Counted from the stretch's first letter, positions 32,458-41,417 are shown. The stretch is DNA of 61,597 nucleotides from an uncultured Candidatus Saccharibacteria bacterium (GCA_964450345.1 CAYVEL010000002.1:1-61597), one strand, 5' to 3'. The notes: a model not told the origin generated them from the letters alone. Numbers and translations are program-made.

Positions 32458-33042
32458 TTAATACTTTCTTATAACCCCCTTCACCACCGCACCTATACGC
32501 ATATCATTTTCTGGATATATAGGCTTATATTTTTTATTAGCTGGTTCTAGAAAAACTTTCTTACCAGGCTTCTGTCTTAAAAATTTCATAGTCCATCCAC
32601 CATCTACTTCTGCAATAACTATGTCTCCATCTTTAGGCTGAACCTTAGTATCCACAATTACTAAGTCACCCTCCTTAATACCTTCCTCTATCATAGAATC
32701 CCCCTTCACTTCGAGAGCATAAGAACGAGAAGAGTCACCTACTAAATATTCATCAAAATTAATAGTATCGAGCGCAATCTCACTAGCCTCTGTAGGTATA
32801 CCTGCTTCTACTAATCCTAGAACTGGTATCTCGCCAACAGAACCAAATAGACCATTTGATCCTGGAATAATCTTTCCATCTTTATCTTTAGATATAACAC
32901 CTTCATCAATTAATTTAGAGACGAGCTTAAACACAGCGTTCTTAGATTTAAATCCAAGTAGTGCCATAATCTCACTGTAACTCGGCATTCTCTTTCGAGA
33001 CTTATAAAAGTTAAATATTTTTTCTCTATACTGATCGTACAT
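32458..33042 (-). CDS. lexA: LexA repressor (S24 peptidase)
   Basis: N-terminal wHTH (SYSEIMALLGFKSKNAVFKLVSKL). Cleavage-site-like VEAG|IP. Catalytic GDSM and the Lys in TMKFL. Confidence 0.85.
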   Translation of the reverse strand: MYDQYREKIFNFYKSRKRMPSYSEIMALLGFKSKNAVFKLVSKLIDEGVISKDKDGKIIPGSNGLFGSVGEIPVLGLVEAGIPTEASEIALDTINFDEYLVGDSSRSYALEVKGDSMIEEGIKEGDLVIVDTKVQPKDGDIVIAEVDGGWTMKFLRQKPGKKVFLEPANKKYKPIYPENDMRIGAVVKGVIRKY

Positions 33043-33061
33043 GTGTTAATAATATATTATA

Positions 33062-33316
33062 TTAGAACATAAACATAGAAGCGAACTGTCCTACTCTTCC
33101 CAACCAATTACTCTTAACTGACCCTCTTCTAATGGCTGTTCCTGAATACTGAATATCAGTTACACACTTCTGTAGAGATATAAGCTGTCTTAGTAGAAAC
33201 TTATGTCTCTCTGCTTCAGTCTTATATGAGAAGCCTTTAATGATCTTCAGATCAATCACTGTATTAAGCTTCTTTAACTCTCTCTGCATTTCCTTAATTA
33301 AAATTTTTTTGCTCAT
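33062..33316 (-). CDS. hypothetical 84-aa protein, first gene of the LexA-box-controlled unit
   Basis: This ORF lies directly downstream of the promoter/SOS box and 19 nt upstream of lexA. It is basic and helical with a hydrophobic C-terminus (GQFASMFMF). Confidence 0.5.
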   Translation of the reverse strand: MSKKILIKEMQRELKKLNTVIDLKIIKGFSYKTEAERHKFLLRQLISLQKCVTDIQYSGTAIRRGSVKSNWLGRVGQFASMFMF

Positions 33317-33344
33317 AGTTTTTTGTGGTTATTACTATGTATGT

Positions 33345-33373
33345 ATTATAGGTGAACGAGCGTTCACCTGCAA
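33345..33373 (-). promoter_or_regulatory. promoter TTGCAG-17-TATAAT of the small-ORF/lexA unit
   Basis: On the minus strand, the -35 is the complement of 33368-33373 and the -10 TATAAT is the complement of 33345-33350. The 17-nt spacer is the SOS box itself. Confidence 0.55.
33350..33369 (-). promoter_or_regulatory. LexA operator (Cheo-box type GAAC-N4-GTTC)
   Basis: Perfect palindrome AGGTGAAC-GAGC-GTTCACCT. The core GAACGAGCGTTC fits the Gram-positive SOS-box pattern GAAC-RNRY-GTTC. It lies between the -35 and -10 of the lexA unit. Confidence 0.65.
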
Positions 33374-33425
33374 GTAGTACTATGTGGATAAGCCTGTAAT
33401 ATCTAAAACAAACCTTAATTAAGGA

Positions 33426-33941
33426 CTATATTTCCTCATTTAAAGCATCCATCTCAATAACATCTTCCGCCTTATCTATAAATAATCCTCCCTCTAAGTG
33501 ATCTACTTCATGCTGGAAAATCTGTGCTAAAAGTCCTGAAGCACCCATACTAACTGACTCCCCTTTTTCATCATGAGCCACTACAGTAGCACGAGTAGCA
33601 CGTCTTACTTTTCCATAAAGAGGTCTTACAGAAAGACATCCCTCTTCCATCATTTTTCTATCGCGAGAAATTTTCTTAATAACAGGATTAATAAAAACTA
33701 AATCCTGCTTCGGAGCATCTGGTTTACCTTCAAATATTTTTTTAGACACAATAAAAATTCTCCAAGACTCTCCTATCTGAGGAGCAGCAAGTCCTACGCC
33801 ATCAGCCTGAGAAGCTAATGCTTTTTTCATTCTAGAGATTATATCTTTGAATTTCTTATCTTGAATCTCATGTACAGGAACAGCTTTCGCGATAGCGCGA
33901 AGAACTGGATTATCTTTTTGTACTATTTCGATATTACTCAT
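33426..33941 (-). CDS. def: peptide deformylase
   Basis: GVGLAAPQIG, EGCLS and QHEVDHLEG motifs. 171 aa. Confidence 0.9.
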   Translation of the reverse strand: MSNIEIVQKDNPVLRAIAKAVPVHEIQDKKFKDIISRMKKALASQADGVGLAAPQIGESWRIFIVSKKIFEGKPDAPKQDLVFINPVIKKISRDRKMMEEGCLSVRPLYGKVRRATRATVVAHDEKGESVSMGASGLLAQIFQHEVDHLEGGLFIDKAEDVIEMDALNEEI

Positions 33942-33967
33942 ATTATTAAAACCTTCTCCTAATATAA

Positions 33968-33993
33968 GTACACGACCTCGAGGGTCGTGTACT
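33968..33993 (-). terminator. perfect palindromic hairpin between rplE and def (terminator, attenuator or processing site)
   Basis: GTACACGACCC-TCGA-GGGTCGTGTAC (11-bp stem). The T tract on the minus strand is weak (TTATATT). Confidence 0.35.
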
Positions 33994-34001
33994 TTAAGTT
34001 A

Positions 34002-34562
34002 TTATTTTCTCTTACCCTTCTTCTCTTCTTCCTTCTTAAATGGAAATCCTAGTGCTTCCATGAAGGCTTCAGTTGTTTTCTTATCCTTTGATGTAGTTAC
34101 TATAGTAACGCTCATTCCGAACACATCCTTTAGATCTTCATCTGCTGTTTCTGGGAAGATTGTGTGTTCCTTAATACCTAGAGTGTAGTTACCCATAGCA
34201 TCAATAGAGTTTCTTGAGATACCACGGAAGTCCTTTGTTCTTGGTAGAGCGATATGAATAAGCTTTTCTACGAAGCTAAGCATTCTCTCTCCTCTTAGAG
34301 TAATCTGATATCCGATAGGTTCACCCTGTCTTAGTTTAAATGAAGCGATAGACATCTTAGCTGATCTAACTACTGGCTTCTGACCAGTAATCTTAGCTAG
34401 ACGATCTGACATAAGTTCCACCTTTCTCTTATCCTTAATAGAACCGAATCCTGAGCTAACTACTACTTTAGTTAACTTTGGAGATTCTAGTTTATTAGTA
34501 AAACCGAATTTCTTTGATAGAACATCTGCTGCTTCTACTTGCTTTTGTTTGATTGTTTTCAT
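34002..34562 (-). CDS. rplE: 50S ribosomal protein L5
   Basis: 186 aa: PKLTKVVVSSGFG...ITGQKPVVRSAKMSIASFKLRQG. It follows rplX. Confidence 0.95.
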   Translation of the reverse strand: MKTIKQKQVEAADVLSKKFGFTNKLESPKLTKVVVSSGFGSIKDKRKVELMSDRLAKITGQKPVVRSAKMSIASFKLRQGEPIGYQITLRGERMLSFVEKLIHIALPRTKDFRGISRNSIDAMGNYTLGIKEHTIFPETADEDLKDVFGMSVTIVTTSKDKKTTEAFMEALGFPFKKEEEKKGKRK

Positions 34563-34631
34563 GGTATTTTTGTGGAGTGGTATCGTCTTAAAGACTTCTA
34601 CCGTCCCATCACAAATTAACTGTTATTAAAA

Positions 34632-34850
34632 TTACTTCTTTGCTACTACGTTTGAAACGTTAATTGGCATTGGCTTGTCAATAATCTGACCCTTCTGTTC
34701 CTTCTTCTTAGCCTTTACTTCTACCTTAACGATATTTAAACCTTCTACTATGATTTTTCCTGTTGCAGGAAAAGCCTTAAGGATTTTTCCTGATTTTCCT
34801 TTATCCTTACCTTTTAGTATGGTTACTGTTTGTCCGCTTTTTACGTGCAT
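34632..34850 (-). CDS. rplX: 50S ribosomal protein L24 (short, 72 aa)
   Basis: KOW motif MHVKSGQTVTILKGKDKGKSGKI. It lies between rplN and rplE. Confidence 0.85.
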   Translation of the reverse strand: MHVKSGQTVTILKGKDKGKSGKILKAFPATGKIIVEGLNIVKVEVKAKKKEQKGQIIDKPMPINVSNVVAKK

Positions 34851-34860
34851 ATATTTTTTA

Positions 34861-35232
34861 TTAAACTATTTCAGGTGCTTTAGAAGCGATAGTCTGGAAA
34901 CCTTTTTCCTGAATTTCTCTTGGAATTGGGCCGAAGATACGTCCTGCTACTGGTTCCTTTCTTCCCTTATCTAGAATAACTACTGAGTTTTCATCGAATC
35001 TGATATAAGAACCATCCTTTCTTCTGAAAGCCTTTGTCTGTCTAACTACTACAGCAGATAGAACATCCTTCTTCTTAATAGCCTTTCTTGGTTCTGCCTT
35101 CTGTACTGAAAGTACAACAAGCTCGCCAATTTCAGCGTATCTCTTCTTTGAACTACCTAGAACTTTAAAGATTCTTCCAATCTTTGCTCCGGAGTTATCA
35201 GTTATTTTAACTATTGATCTTGCTTGTATCAT
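34861..35232 (-). CDS. rplN: 50S ribosomal protein L14
   Basis: MIQARSIVKITDNSGAK...DENSVVIL. Confidence 0.95.
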   Translation of the reverse strand: MIQARSIVKITDNSGAKIGRIFKVLGSSKKRYAEIGELVVLSVQKAEPRKAIKKKDVLSAVVVRQTKAFRRKDGSYIRFDENSVVILDKGRKEPVAGRIFGPIPREIQEKGFQTIASKAPEIV

Positions 35233-35237
35233 ATAAT

Positions 35238-35486
35238 TTAAGCTATCTTAAAATGCTTATGCTTAGAAATAGGAGCACATTCTACGATAGTGACTTTCTC
35301 ACCAATCTTCTTTGTGTTTCCGACATCATGAGCCTTATAGTTCTTAGAAACGTTGAAGTATTTCTTATATTTAGGATGCTGGATATAGTGGTTTACTTCA
35401 ACAACACATGTATCCTTCATCTTATCTGATACTACAACTCCCTTAAGAGTCTGCTTATTTGATTTTATAGCTTGTTTAGCAGTCAT
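35238..35486 (-). CDS. rpsQ: 30S ribosomal protein S17
   Basis: LKGVVVSDKMKDTCVVEV...HPKYKK. It starts 4 nt after the rplP stop. Confidence 0.9.
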   Translation of the reverse strand: MTAKQAIKSNKQTLKGVVVSDKMKDTCVVEVNHYIQHPKYKKYFNVSKNYKAHDVGNTKKIGEKVTIVECAPISKHKHFKIA

Positions 35487-35490
35487 ATTA

Positions 35491-35916
35491 TTAAATTCTA
35501 TTTACTATCTTAGTCTTAACCGACATCTTCTTACCAGCCTTAATTAGAGCTGAGATCGCAATAGCTGGTTCTACACCATCTACTTCGAACATAACTCTTC
35601 CTGGCTTGATTTCAGCAACATATCCCTGTACATCTCCTTTACCCTTACCCATTTTAACTTCGGCAGGCTTCTGTGTGAAAGGTCTGTCTGGGAAAATTCT
35701 GGTCCACATCTTTCCAGTCTTAGAAACATATCTAGAAATAACTTTTCTAGCTGATTCTATTTCGTTAGAAGTGATTCTACCGTAAGTGATAGCCTTAAGA
35801 CCGTGAGTACCGAAGTCTACTTTAGTACCTCTGGTTTCCACCATGGTCTCCTGCTTCTTGGCATTTCTTCTTGTGGTATGCCACTTTCTGTATTTAACTT
35901 TCTTTGGTGTTAACAT
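35491..35916 (-). CDS. rplP: 50S ribosomal protein L16
   Basis: MLTPKKVKYRKWH...FGTHGLKA...MGKGKGDV. Confidence 0.95.
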   Translation of the reverse strand: MLTPKKVKYRKWHTTRRNAKKQETMVETRGTKVDFGTHGLKAITYGRITSNEIESARKVISRYVSKTGKMWTRIFPDRPFTQKPAEVKMGKGKGDVQGYVAEIKPGRVMFEVDGVEPAIAISALIKAGKKMSVKTKIVNRI

Positions 35917-35922
35917 GTTAGT

Positions 35923-36612
35923 TTAATTAGCTTTGTTAGTTGCCTTTACGTTCTCCTTTGCGAAGATTTCTCCCTTGTATATCCAAACCTTAATACCTAG
36001 GTCTCCGTATGGCATTCTTGCACGCTCTGTAGCGTAATCAATATCAGCTCTTAGAGTCTGAAGAGGAATTCTTCCCTTCTTCAAGTCTTCTGAACGAGCA
36101 ATATCTGTACCTCCAAGTCTTCCAGCAATTCTGATCTTAACACCCTGTACTTCTCTGTTTGCCATAACCTTCTCAATAGTCTGCTTCATAACTCTTCTGA
36201 ATGTCATTCTCTTCTCTAGACCTTCTGCTACTAGCATAGCTACGATCTTTGAGTTACTCTCAGGATTCTTTATTTCTTCAATATCTATCTTTAGTTCCTG
36301 ACCCTTGATAGCTAACTTTTTCTTATTTAAAAATGAAGCGATATCTGTTCTAAGCTTTGTGATACCATCACCGTTTCTACCAATAATAAGACCTGGACGA
36401 CCTGTCTTAATGATAAGTCTTAGAGCTTTAGCACTTCTCTCGATATCTAGACCTGCTACAAGGAAAGTTCTTAGCTTTTCTTCTAGCATTTCTCTTAATT
36501 CAATATCTGCCTTGAAATAATCACGGTACTGCTTATTAATACCGAACCAGCGACTCTTCCAATCGCGGATTATTCCTAGTCTATGTGAATATGGGTGTAC
36601 TGAGTGTGACAT
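35923..36612 (-). CDS. rpsC: 30S ribosomal protein S3
   Basis: HPYSHRLGIIRDWKSRWF with KH-domain and S3-C motifs. Confidence 0.95.
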   Translation of the reverse strand: MSHSVHPYSHRLGIIRDWKSRWFGINKQYRDYFKADIELREMLEEKLRTFLVAGLDIERSAKALRLIIKTGRPGLIIGRNGDGITKLRTDIASFLNKKKLAIKGQELKIDIEEIKNPESNSKIVAMLVAEGLEKRMTFRRVMKQTIEKVMANREVQGVKIRIAGRLGGTDIARSEDLKKGRIPLQTLRADIDYATERARMPYGDLGIKVWIYKGEIFAKENVKATNKAN

Positions 36613-36613
36613 A

Positions 36614-37024
36614 TTATTTTACTGATTTCTTAGTTACTTTAGTCTTAGCTTCAGCCTTAACTGCTGTCTTTACAGTCTTTTCTGTCTTTGCTGGAATAGC
36701 CTTTGGTGCTAGAACGACTAGAACATTACTACATCTCTTATTAATTCTTGCTCCTGATCCACGTGCTCTTGGCATCATTCTCTTAAGAGTAACACCTGAG
36801 TCTACTCTGAATTCCTTAATGAAAAGTGTATCTACTGGAATATTCTGAGACTTAGCATTAGAGATAGCTGATCTAACTAGCTTTGAAAGAGGTAGTCCTG
36901 CTTTCTTTGCAACGTTATCAAGAGTAACCACAGCTTCTTCTGCCTTCTTACCAGAAACTAGACTAGCTACTAGTCTAACTTTTCTTGGTGACTGTCTGTG
37001 GTTGTTAAGATATGCGGTAATCAT
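36614..37024 (-). CDS. rplV: 50S ribosomal protein L22 (Lys/Ala-rich C-terminal tail)
   Basis: HRQSPRKVRLVASLVSGKKAEEAV...RARGSGARINKRCSNV. Confidence 0.9.
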   Translation of the reverse strand: MITAYLNNHRQSPRKVRLVASLVSGKKAEEAVVTLDNVAKKAGLPLSKLVRSAISNAKSQNIPVDTLFIKEFRVDSGVTLKRMMPRARGSGARINKRCSNVLVVLAPKAIPAKTEKTVKTAVKAEAKTKVTKKSVK

Positions 37025-37029
37025 AAAAT

Positions 37030-37371
37030 TTACTTTTTATCTGTTGTTGTGGCCTTAGCGGACTTAGCAGCTGCGATCTCAGCTTCCTTAGCCTTAATTT
37101 CTATTTCCTTCTGCATCTTACCTCCGTGTCTGATGAATTTTCTGGTCTGACTGAATTCTCCTAGACGATGACCTACCATGTCTTCTGAGACTAGAACCTC
37201 AATGTGAGATCTTCCGTTATGAACGCCGAAGATGAATCCCACCATTTCCGGTGAAATTACGCTTCTTCTGTACCAGGTTTTAATAACGCCGGTTTCTGTC
37301 GGCTTCTTACCTGCTATTTTGGCCAAGAGTTTTGGTTCAACAAATGGTCCTTTCTTTAGTGATCGTGTCAT
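37030..37371 (-). CDS. rpsS: 30S ribosomal protein S19 (C-terminal extension)
   Basis: [11 protein letters not shown]...[24 protein letters not shown]. Confidence 0.95.
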   Translation of the reverse strand: MTRSLKKGPFVEPKLLAKIAGKKPTETGVIKTWYRRSVISPEMVGFIFGVHNGRSHIEVLVSEDMVGHRLGEFSQTRKFIRHGGKMQKEIEIKAKEAEIAAAKSAKATTTDKK

Positions 37372-37418
37372 CTTTTAGTTGGGTATAAATAAACAAGCTC
37401 GTTACGAGCCAGGAATAC

Positions 37419-37447
37419 ATATTAAACAAAATGCCTCAAAATGTCAA
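37419..37447 (-). promoter_or_regulatory. near-consensus promoter TTGACA-17-TAATAT upstream of rpsS
   Basis: On the minus strand, TTGACA is the complement of 37442-37447 and TAATAT is the complement of 37419-37424, with a spacer of exactly 17 nt. It lies about 50 nt upstream of the rpsS ATG. Confidence 0.6.
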
Positions 37448-37537
37448 CATTAAACGGGCGTTTATGTATTTATGTATAACCGAGGCTTTTAATGTGTCGA
37501 AAAACATTAGGACTTATAGCTAAAGCGTGGCCTAATA

Positions 37538-39349
37538 TTATTCGAAGCCTTCCTTCTGTTTCTCAAAAGAACTAGCGTACAGACCGTTTTTAAGCATTAA
37601 TTCATCGTGTGTACCCATTTCAGCCACAGTATGACCAGATAACAAAATAATCTTATCTGCCTTTCTTATGGTAGAAAAGTTATGAGAGATTAATATCATA
37701 CTTTGGTTATTAGATAGATTTTCTAAGTTTTCGAAAATTCTACCAGCGGATATTGCGTCTACCGAAGCAGTGGGTTCGTCTAGAATTAATATCTTTGATC
37801 TTCTGTATACAGTTTTAGCAATAGCTAATTTTTGTCTCTCCCCTTTCGATAATTCCTGACCGTCGAACTCTACTCCGATCTGCTCATCATATTTATTTTT
37901 CCATGTATCAATAAAATCTGAAGACGTGCTAATTTCTGAAGCTCTTATTACTGCATTCATATCTAAAGGTATTTCAGAATCACCACAAGCTATGGCTTCC
38001 TTTGCCAGAAACTTATATGTAACGAAATCTTGGAACAATACAGCTAAATTCCTCCACCATTTATCGAGTGATATCTCTCTTATATTCACACCGTTAATAA
38101 GTACCTCGCCCTCTGTAACATCATGAATTCTTAAAATAAGCCTAATTAGCGTGGTTTTACCAGCACCATTCAGGCCCACTAAACCTATTTTCTCACCAGG
38201 ATTAATCTTAAAAGATACATCCTTAAGCACAAATTCTTCTGAGCTAGGATACTTAAACGAAACATTCTTAAACTCAATACTAGGCACATTAGTGTAATCT
38301 ATACTTACAGGATTATCAGATATTTTTATTATCGGCTTTGTTTCAAATACTCTCATCATATCTGTAACGTAAAGATTCCTTTCTAGAGTTCTGGCGAATG
38401 ATCCAAACATATTAGTAATGGAGCTACTCAATCCAGTAAATGTGGCTATTAGGAAAATCATTGTTCCAACATTCGTGCTTCCACCCACTACACCAGACAC
38501 GATAATCCATAATCCCCAAACTATTCCGATTGCAGAAAAAGATTCAGTAGCAATTCTGAGATACATCTTTTTCTTTTCAGTTTTTATTTGTTTTATATTG
38601 AAAGCATCTAGAATATCTTTAATTTTAGCTATAAATATTTTTGTATTAGAAAAAAGTTTATTTTCAATAATTCCCACCTTATCATCAAAGAATGAATCCA
38701 AGTGACTCTTCATTCTGCTGTTTCCACTATTATCCATCCATAGACCCCACATAACTGTTCCAAACTTAATTTCCATTAAGAATTGAGGTATGTAGAAAGC
38801 TATTATTATCAGGTATATTTTCCAATCTATGGCTATAGTCATAGCTGAACCGACTATAATATAAGCCACATTTCTTATTTCATTATATGAATCCTCAATG
38901 AAATTTATCATCGGCCAATATTCACTATTAAAAGCTCTTTTTAATAGATTCTGAAATGTAGAATTTTCATGATGAGCGATGTCTATGTCTGTCTTCTTAC
39001 GAAGAAGCATTATGTTTAAATACGTACTAAATTCATAGAACACTACTCTATCTAAATAGTTAAATATAGAATTCAGAATATTTGGAGATATGTTTACAAA
39101 GGCATAAATACTTAGAAACATAATAACTGTTCCGTACTCAGTATTACCGGAAGTTATAACAGATATTAATTCATCCACCAAAGAACCTAATGCTTTTGAT
39201 GAGAATAGAGGTAAAAGACCCAGAGTTATACTAATAAATACTAGAAAAGATCTTCTCCATGGATCCGAGACAAAGGAATGATAATAAAGAAATTTAATAT
39301 TCTTAAATAGATTCTTTAGATTACTGATTGTGAGTGTTTTTTCTGACAT
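37538..39349 (-). CDS. ABC transporter, fused permease/ATPase (exporter type)
   Basis: Six-TM N-terminal domain. Walker A GLNGAGKTT, signature LSKGERQ, Walker B ILILDEPT. The start is set at the ATG at 39349 (M14 of the track ORF). Confidence 0.85.
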   Translation of the reverse strand: MSEKTLTISNLKNLFKNIKFLYYHSFVSDPWRRSFLVFISITLGLLPLFSSKALGSLVDELISVITSGNTEYGTVIMFLSIYAFVNISPNILNSIFNYLDRVVFYEFSTYLNIMLLRKKTDIDIAHHENSTFQNLLKRAFNSEYWPMINFIEDSYNEIRNVAYIIVGSAMTIAIDWKIYLIIIAFYIPQFLMEIKFGTVMWGLWMDNSGNSRMKSHLDSFFDDKVGIIENKLFSNTKIFIAKIKDILDAFNIKQIKTEKKKMYLRIATESFSAIGIVWGLWIIVSGVVGGSTNVGTMIFLIATFTGLSSSITNMFGSFARTLERNLYVTDMMRVFETKPIIKISDNPVSIDYTNVPSIEFKNVSFKYPSSEEFVLKDVSFKINPGEKIGLVGLNGAGKTTLIRLILRIHDVTEGEVLINGVNIREISLDKWWRNLAVLFQDFVTYKFLAKEAIACGDSEIPLDMNAVIRASEISTSSDFIDTWKNKYDEQIGVEFDGQELSKGERQKLAIAKTVYRRSKILILDEPTASVDAISAGRIFENLENLSNNQSMILISHNFSTIRKADKIILLSGHTVAEMGTHDELMLKNGLYASSFEKQKEGFE

Positions 39350-39385
39350 ATAATTAAATATAAGGGTAGCATACCTTACAGAAAA

Positions 39386-39414
39386 CAAAAAAGAGCCTTT
39401 CGGGCTCTTTTTTG
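39386..39414 (-). terminator. intrinsic terminator after rplB
   Basis: AAAAAAGAGCC-loop-GGCTCTTTTTT with a T-run on the minus strand, 16 nt after the rplB stop. Confidence 0.65.
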
Positions 39415-39429
39415 TTTGAATAATTAGAT

Positions 39430-40281
39430 TTATTCTGACTTCTTTGATTTTCCAACCTTTCTTCTTGAAACAACGAATTGTCCAGAATACTTATTTGGTC
39501 TTCTTGTCTTCTGACCCTTTCCTGTAGGCTTACCGTAGACGTTGATTTCTCTTCTTCTACCTCTACCCTGTCTTCCTTCACCACCTCCTTTTGGATGGTC
39601 TACTGGGTTCATTGCGCTACCACGTACTGTAGGTCTGATACCAAGCCATCTTGATCTACCGGCCTTACCGATATTCACAAGTCTTGACTCGTCATTAGAT
39701 ACTGTACCGATAGTTGCCCAACAATTTTCGCTGACTTTTCTAACTTCTGTTGAAGGAAGCTTGATGTGAGCGTAACCGCCATCTAGAGCGATCAACTGAG
39801 CAAATGAACCAGCACTTCTGATCATCTTAGCACCCTCGTTTGGCTTGATTTCCAAGTTATAAACGAATGTACCAACTGGAATGTTCTTTAGTGGAAGTCT
39901 GCTAGCAGGAGTGATTTCAGTCTTTTCTGCAACCATAAACTTATCACCAACTTTAATTCCCTTTGGAAGAATTACGTATCTCTTCTCACCGTCTGCATAT
40001 ACTGCTAGACCAATGAAAGCTGTTCTGTTTGGATCGTATTCTACTGTAGAAATAGTAGCAGGAATGTTTTTCTTATTGTAAGTGAAATCAATTTCTCTAT
40101 ACAATCTCTTAACTCCTCCTCCCTTATGTCTTACTGTAATACGACCAGCGTTGTTTCTTCCTACGTCTCTCTTAAAACCCTTTGTAAGAGCCTTATGTGG
40201 CTCTGAGGCTGTAAGATACTCGGCATAGTTAATACCGGTCATATGACGTCTTGATTTTGTTGTAGGACGATATGTCTTCAT
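39430..40281 (-). CDS. rplB: 50S ribosomal protein L2
   Basis: GRNNAGRITVRHKGGG...VRGSAMNPVDHPKGGGEG. Confidence 0.95.
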   Translation of the reverse strand: MKTYRPTTKSRRHMTGINYAEYLTASEPHKALTKGFKRDVGRNNAGRITVRHKGGGVKRLYREIDFTYNKKNIPATISTVEYDPNRTAFIGLAVYADGEKRYVILPKGIKVGDKFMVAEKTEITPASRLPLKNIPVGTFVYNLEIKPNEGAKMIRSAGSFAQLIALDGGYAHIKLPSTEVRKVSENCWATIGTVSNDESRLVNIGKAGRSRWLGIRPTVRGSAMNPVDHPKGGGEGRQGRGRRREINVYGKPTGKGQKTRRPNKYSGQFVVSRRKVGKSKKSE

Positions 40282-40305
40282 TTTAGTATTCTTAAATTAA
40301 TCGAA

Positions 40306-40731
40306 TTAAATAAACTCGATCTTGTCGCCCTTCTTTAGGAAAACGACAGCCTTCTTAACACCACTCTTAGTACCGAACTTTCCACGTACAAAGACAGTTT
40401 TAGCAGGTAGGTTGATAATGTTTATTTTTACAGGCTCGACTTTATATTTATCCTTAATAGCCTTGTAAATTTTACCCTTTGTAGCACCCTTAGATACTAC
40501 GAAAGTGTATACACCCTTGTCAGATAGAATGGCTGCTTTCTCAGCTACTCTTGGGGCGATAATGACACCTTTAACAAGTTCCTTAGAATCCTTAACTTCT
40601 TCAGCTTTTTTGTCAGTCTTTTTAACTGCAACAGCTTTAGTAGCCTTAGTCTTCTTTTCTGGCTTGTTCTCGGCCTTAACTACGGCCTTAGCGTCCTTCT
40701 TTTCTTCTGTATTTTTCTTGAATAATGCCAT
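40306..40731 (-). CDS. rplW: 50S ribosomal protein L23 (Lys/Ala-rich N-terminal extension of about 50 aa)
   Basis: The core is IIAPRVAEKAAILSDKGVYTFVV...KVNIIN. It lies between rplD and rplB. Confidence 0.85.
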   Translation of the reverse strand: MALFKKNTEEKKDAKAVVKAENKPEKKTKATKAVAVKKTDKKAEEVKDSKELVKGVIIAPRVAEKAAILSDKGVYTFVVSKGATKGKIYKAIKDKYKVEPVKINIINLPAKTVFVRGKFGTKSGVKKAVVFLKKGDKIEFI

Positions 40732-40742
40732 TGTATTAATTA

Positions 40743-41408
40743 TTACTTACTTAACTTTCCACTTATAAGTGACAAAGTTTCTTTAGGATTCTCAATAATG
40801 ATGAATCTATGCTTTAGAGCTGAAACAGGATTAATGTTTCTAAATTCATCAGTTTCAATAGTTCCGATATTTCCGAAGCTCTTTGATGCAACTTCGTTCT
40901 TACCGTTCAGACCGATCCAAGCAAGGTTACCACTTCTTCTTGAAAGTCTCTCGTAACCTTTAATTCCTGAAAGGGCTGTAACTACTGCTTTAGCTTCTTT
41001 AGTTTTAGGAGCTGCGAATGAAAGAGATTCTACGAATAGAATTTCTCCATCCTTAAACTTCTTAGAAAGAATAGTGAACAAAGCCTTAGCTTTCATTTTC
41101 TTACTAACTTTTCTTACGAAGTTCTTATCATTTCTAGGACCGTGAGCCACACCTCCACCTACCCAGATAGGAGATCTTCTAGAACCGTGTCTAGCTCTAC
41201 CAGTTCCCTTCTGCTGCCATGGCTTCTTACCAGTACCTGATACTTCGCCACGAGTCTTAGTGTGAGCAATATTTTCACGAGCAGTAGACATCATAGATGT
41301 CACTACCTGGTGAACCAAGTCTGCATTCCAATCAAGACCAAAAACATCCTTAGGAAGTTCGATCTTTCCTGATTCTGCACCTTTTTGAGTATATAGTTTT
41401 GCTTCCAT
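40743..41408 (-). CDS. rplD: 50S ribosomal protein L4
   Basis: GTGKKPWQQKGTGRARHGSRRSPIWVGGGVAHGP. Confidence 0.95.
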   Translation of the reverse strand: MEAKLYTQKGAESGKIELPKDVFGLDWNADLVHQVVTSMMSTARENIAHTKTRGEVSGTGKKPWQQKGTGRARHGSRRSPIWVGGGVAHGPRNDKNFVRKVSKKMKAKALFTILSKKFKDGEILFVESLSFAAPKTKEAKAVVTALSGIKGYERLSRRSGNLAWIGLNGKNEVASKSFGNIGTIETDEFRNINPVSALKHRFIIIENPKETLSLISGKLSK

Positions 41409-41417
41409 GTTAGTTTA

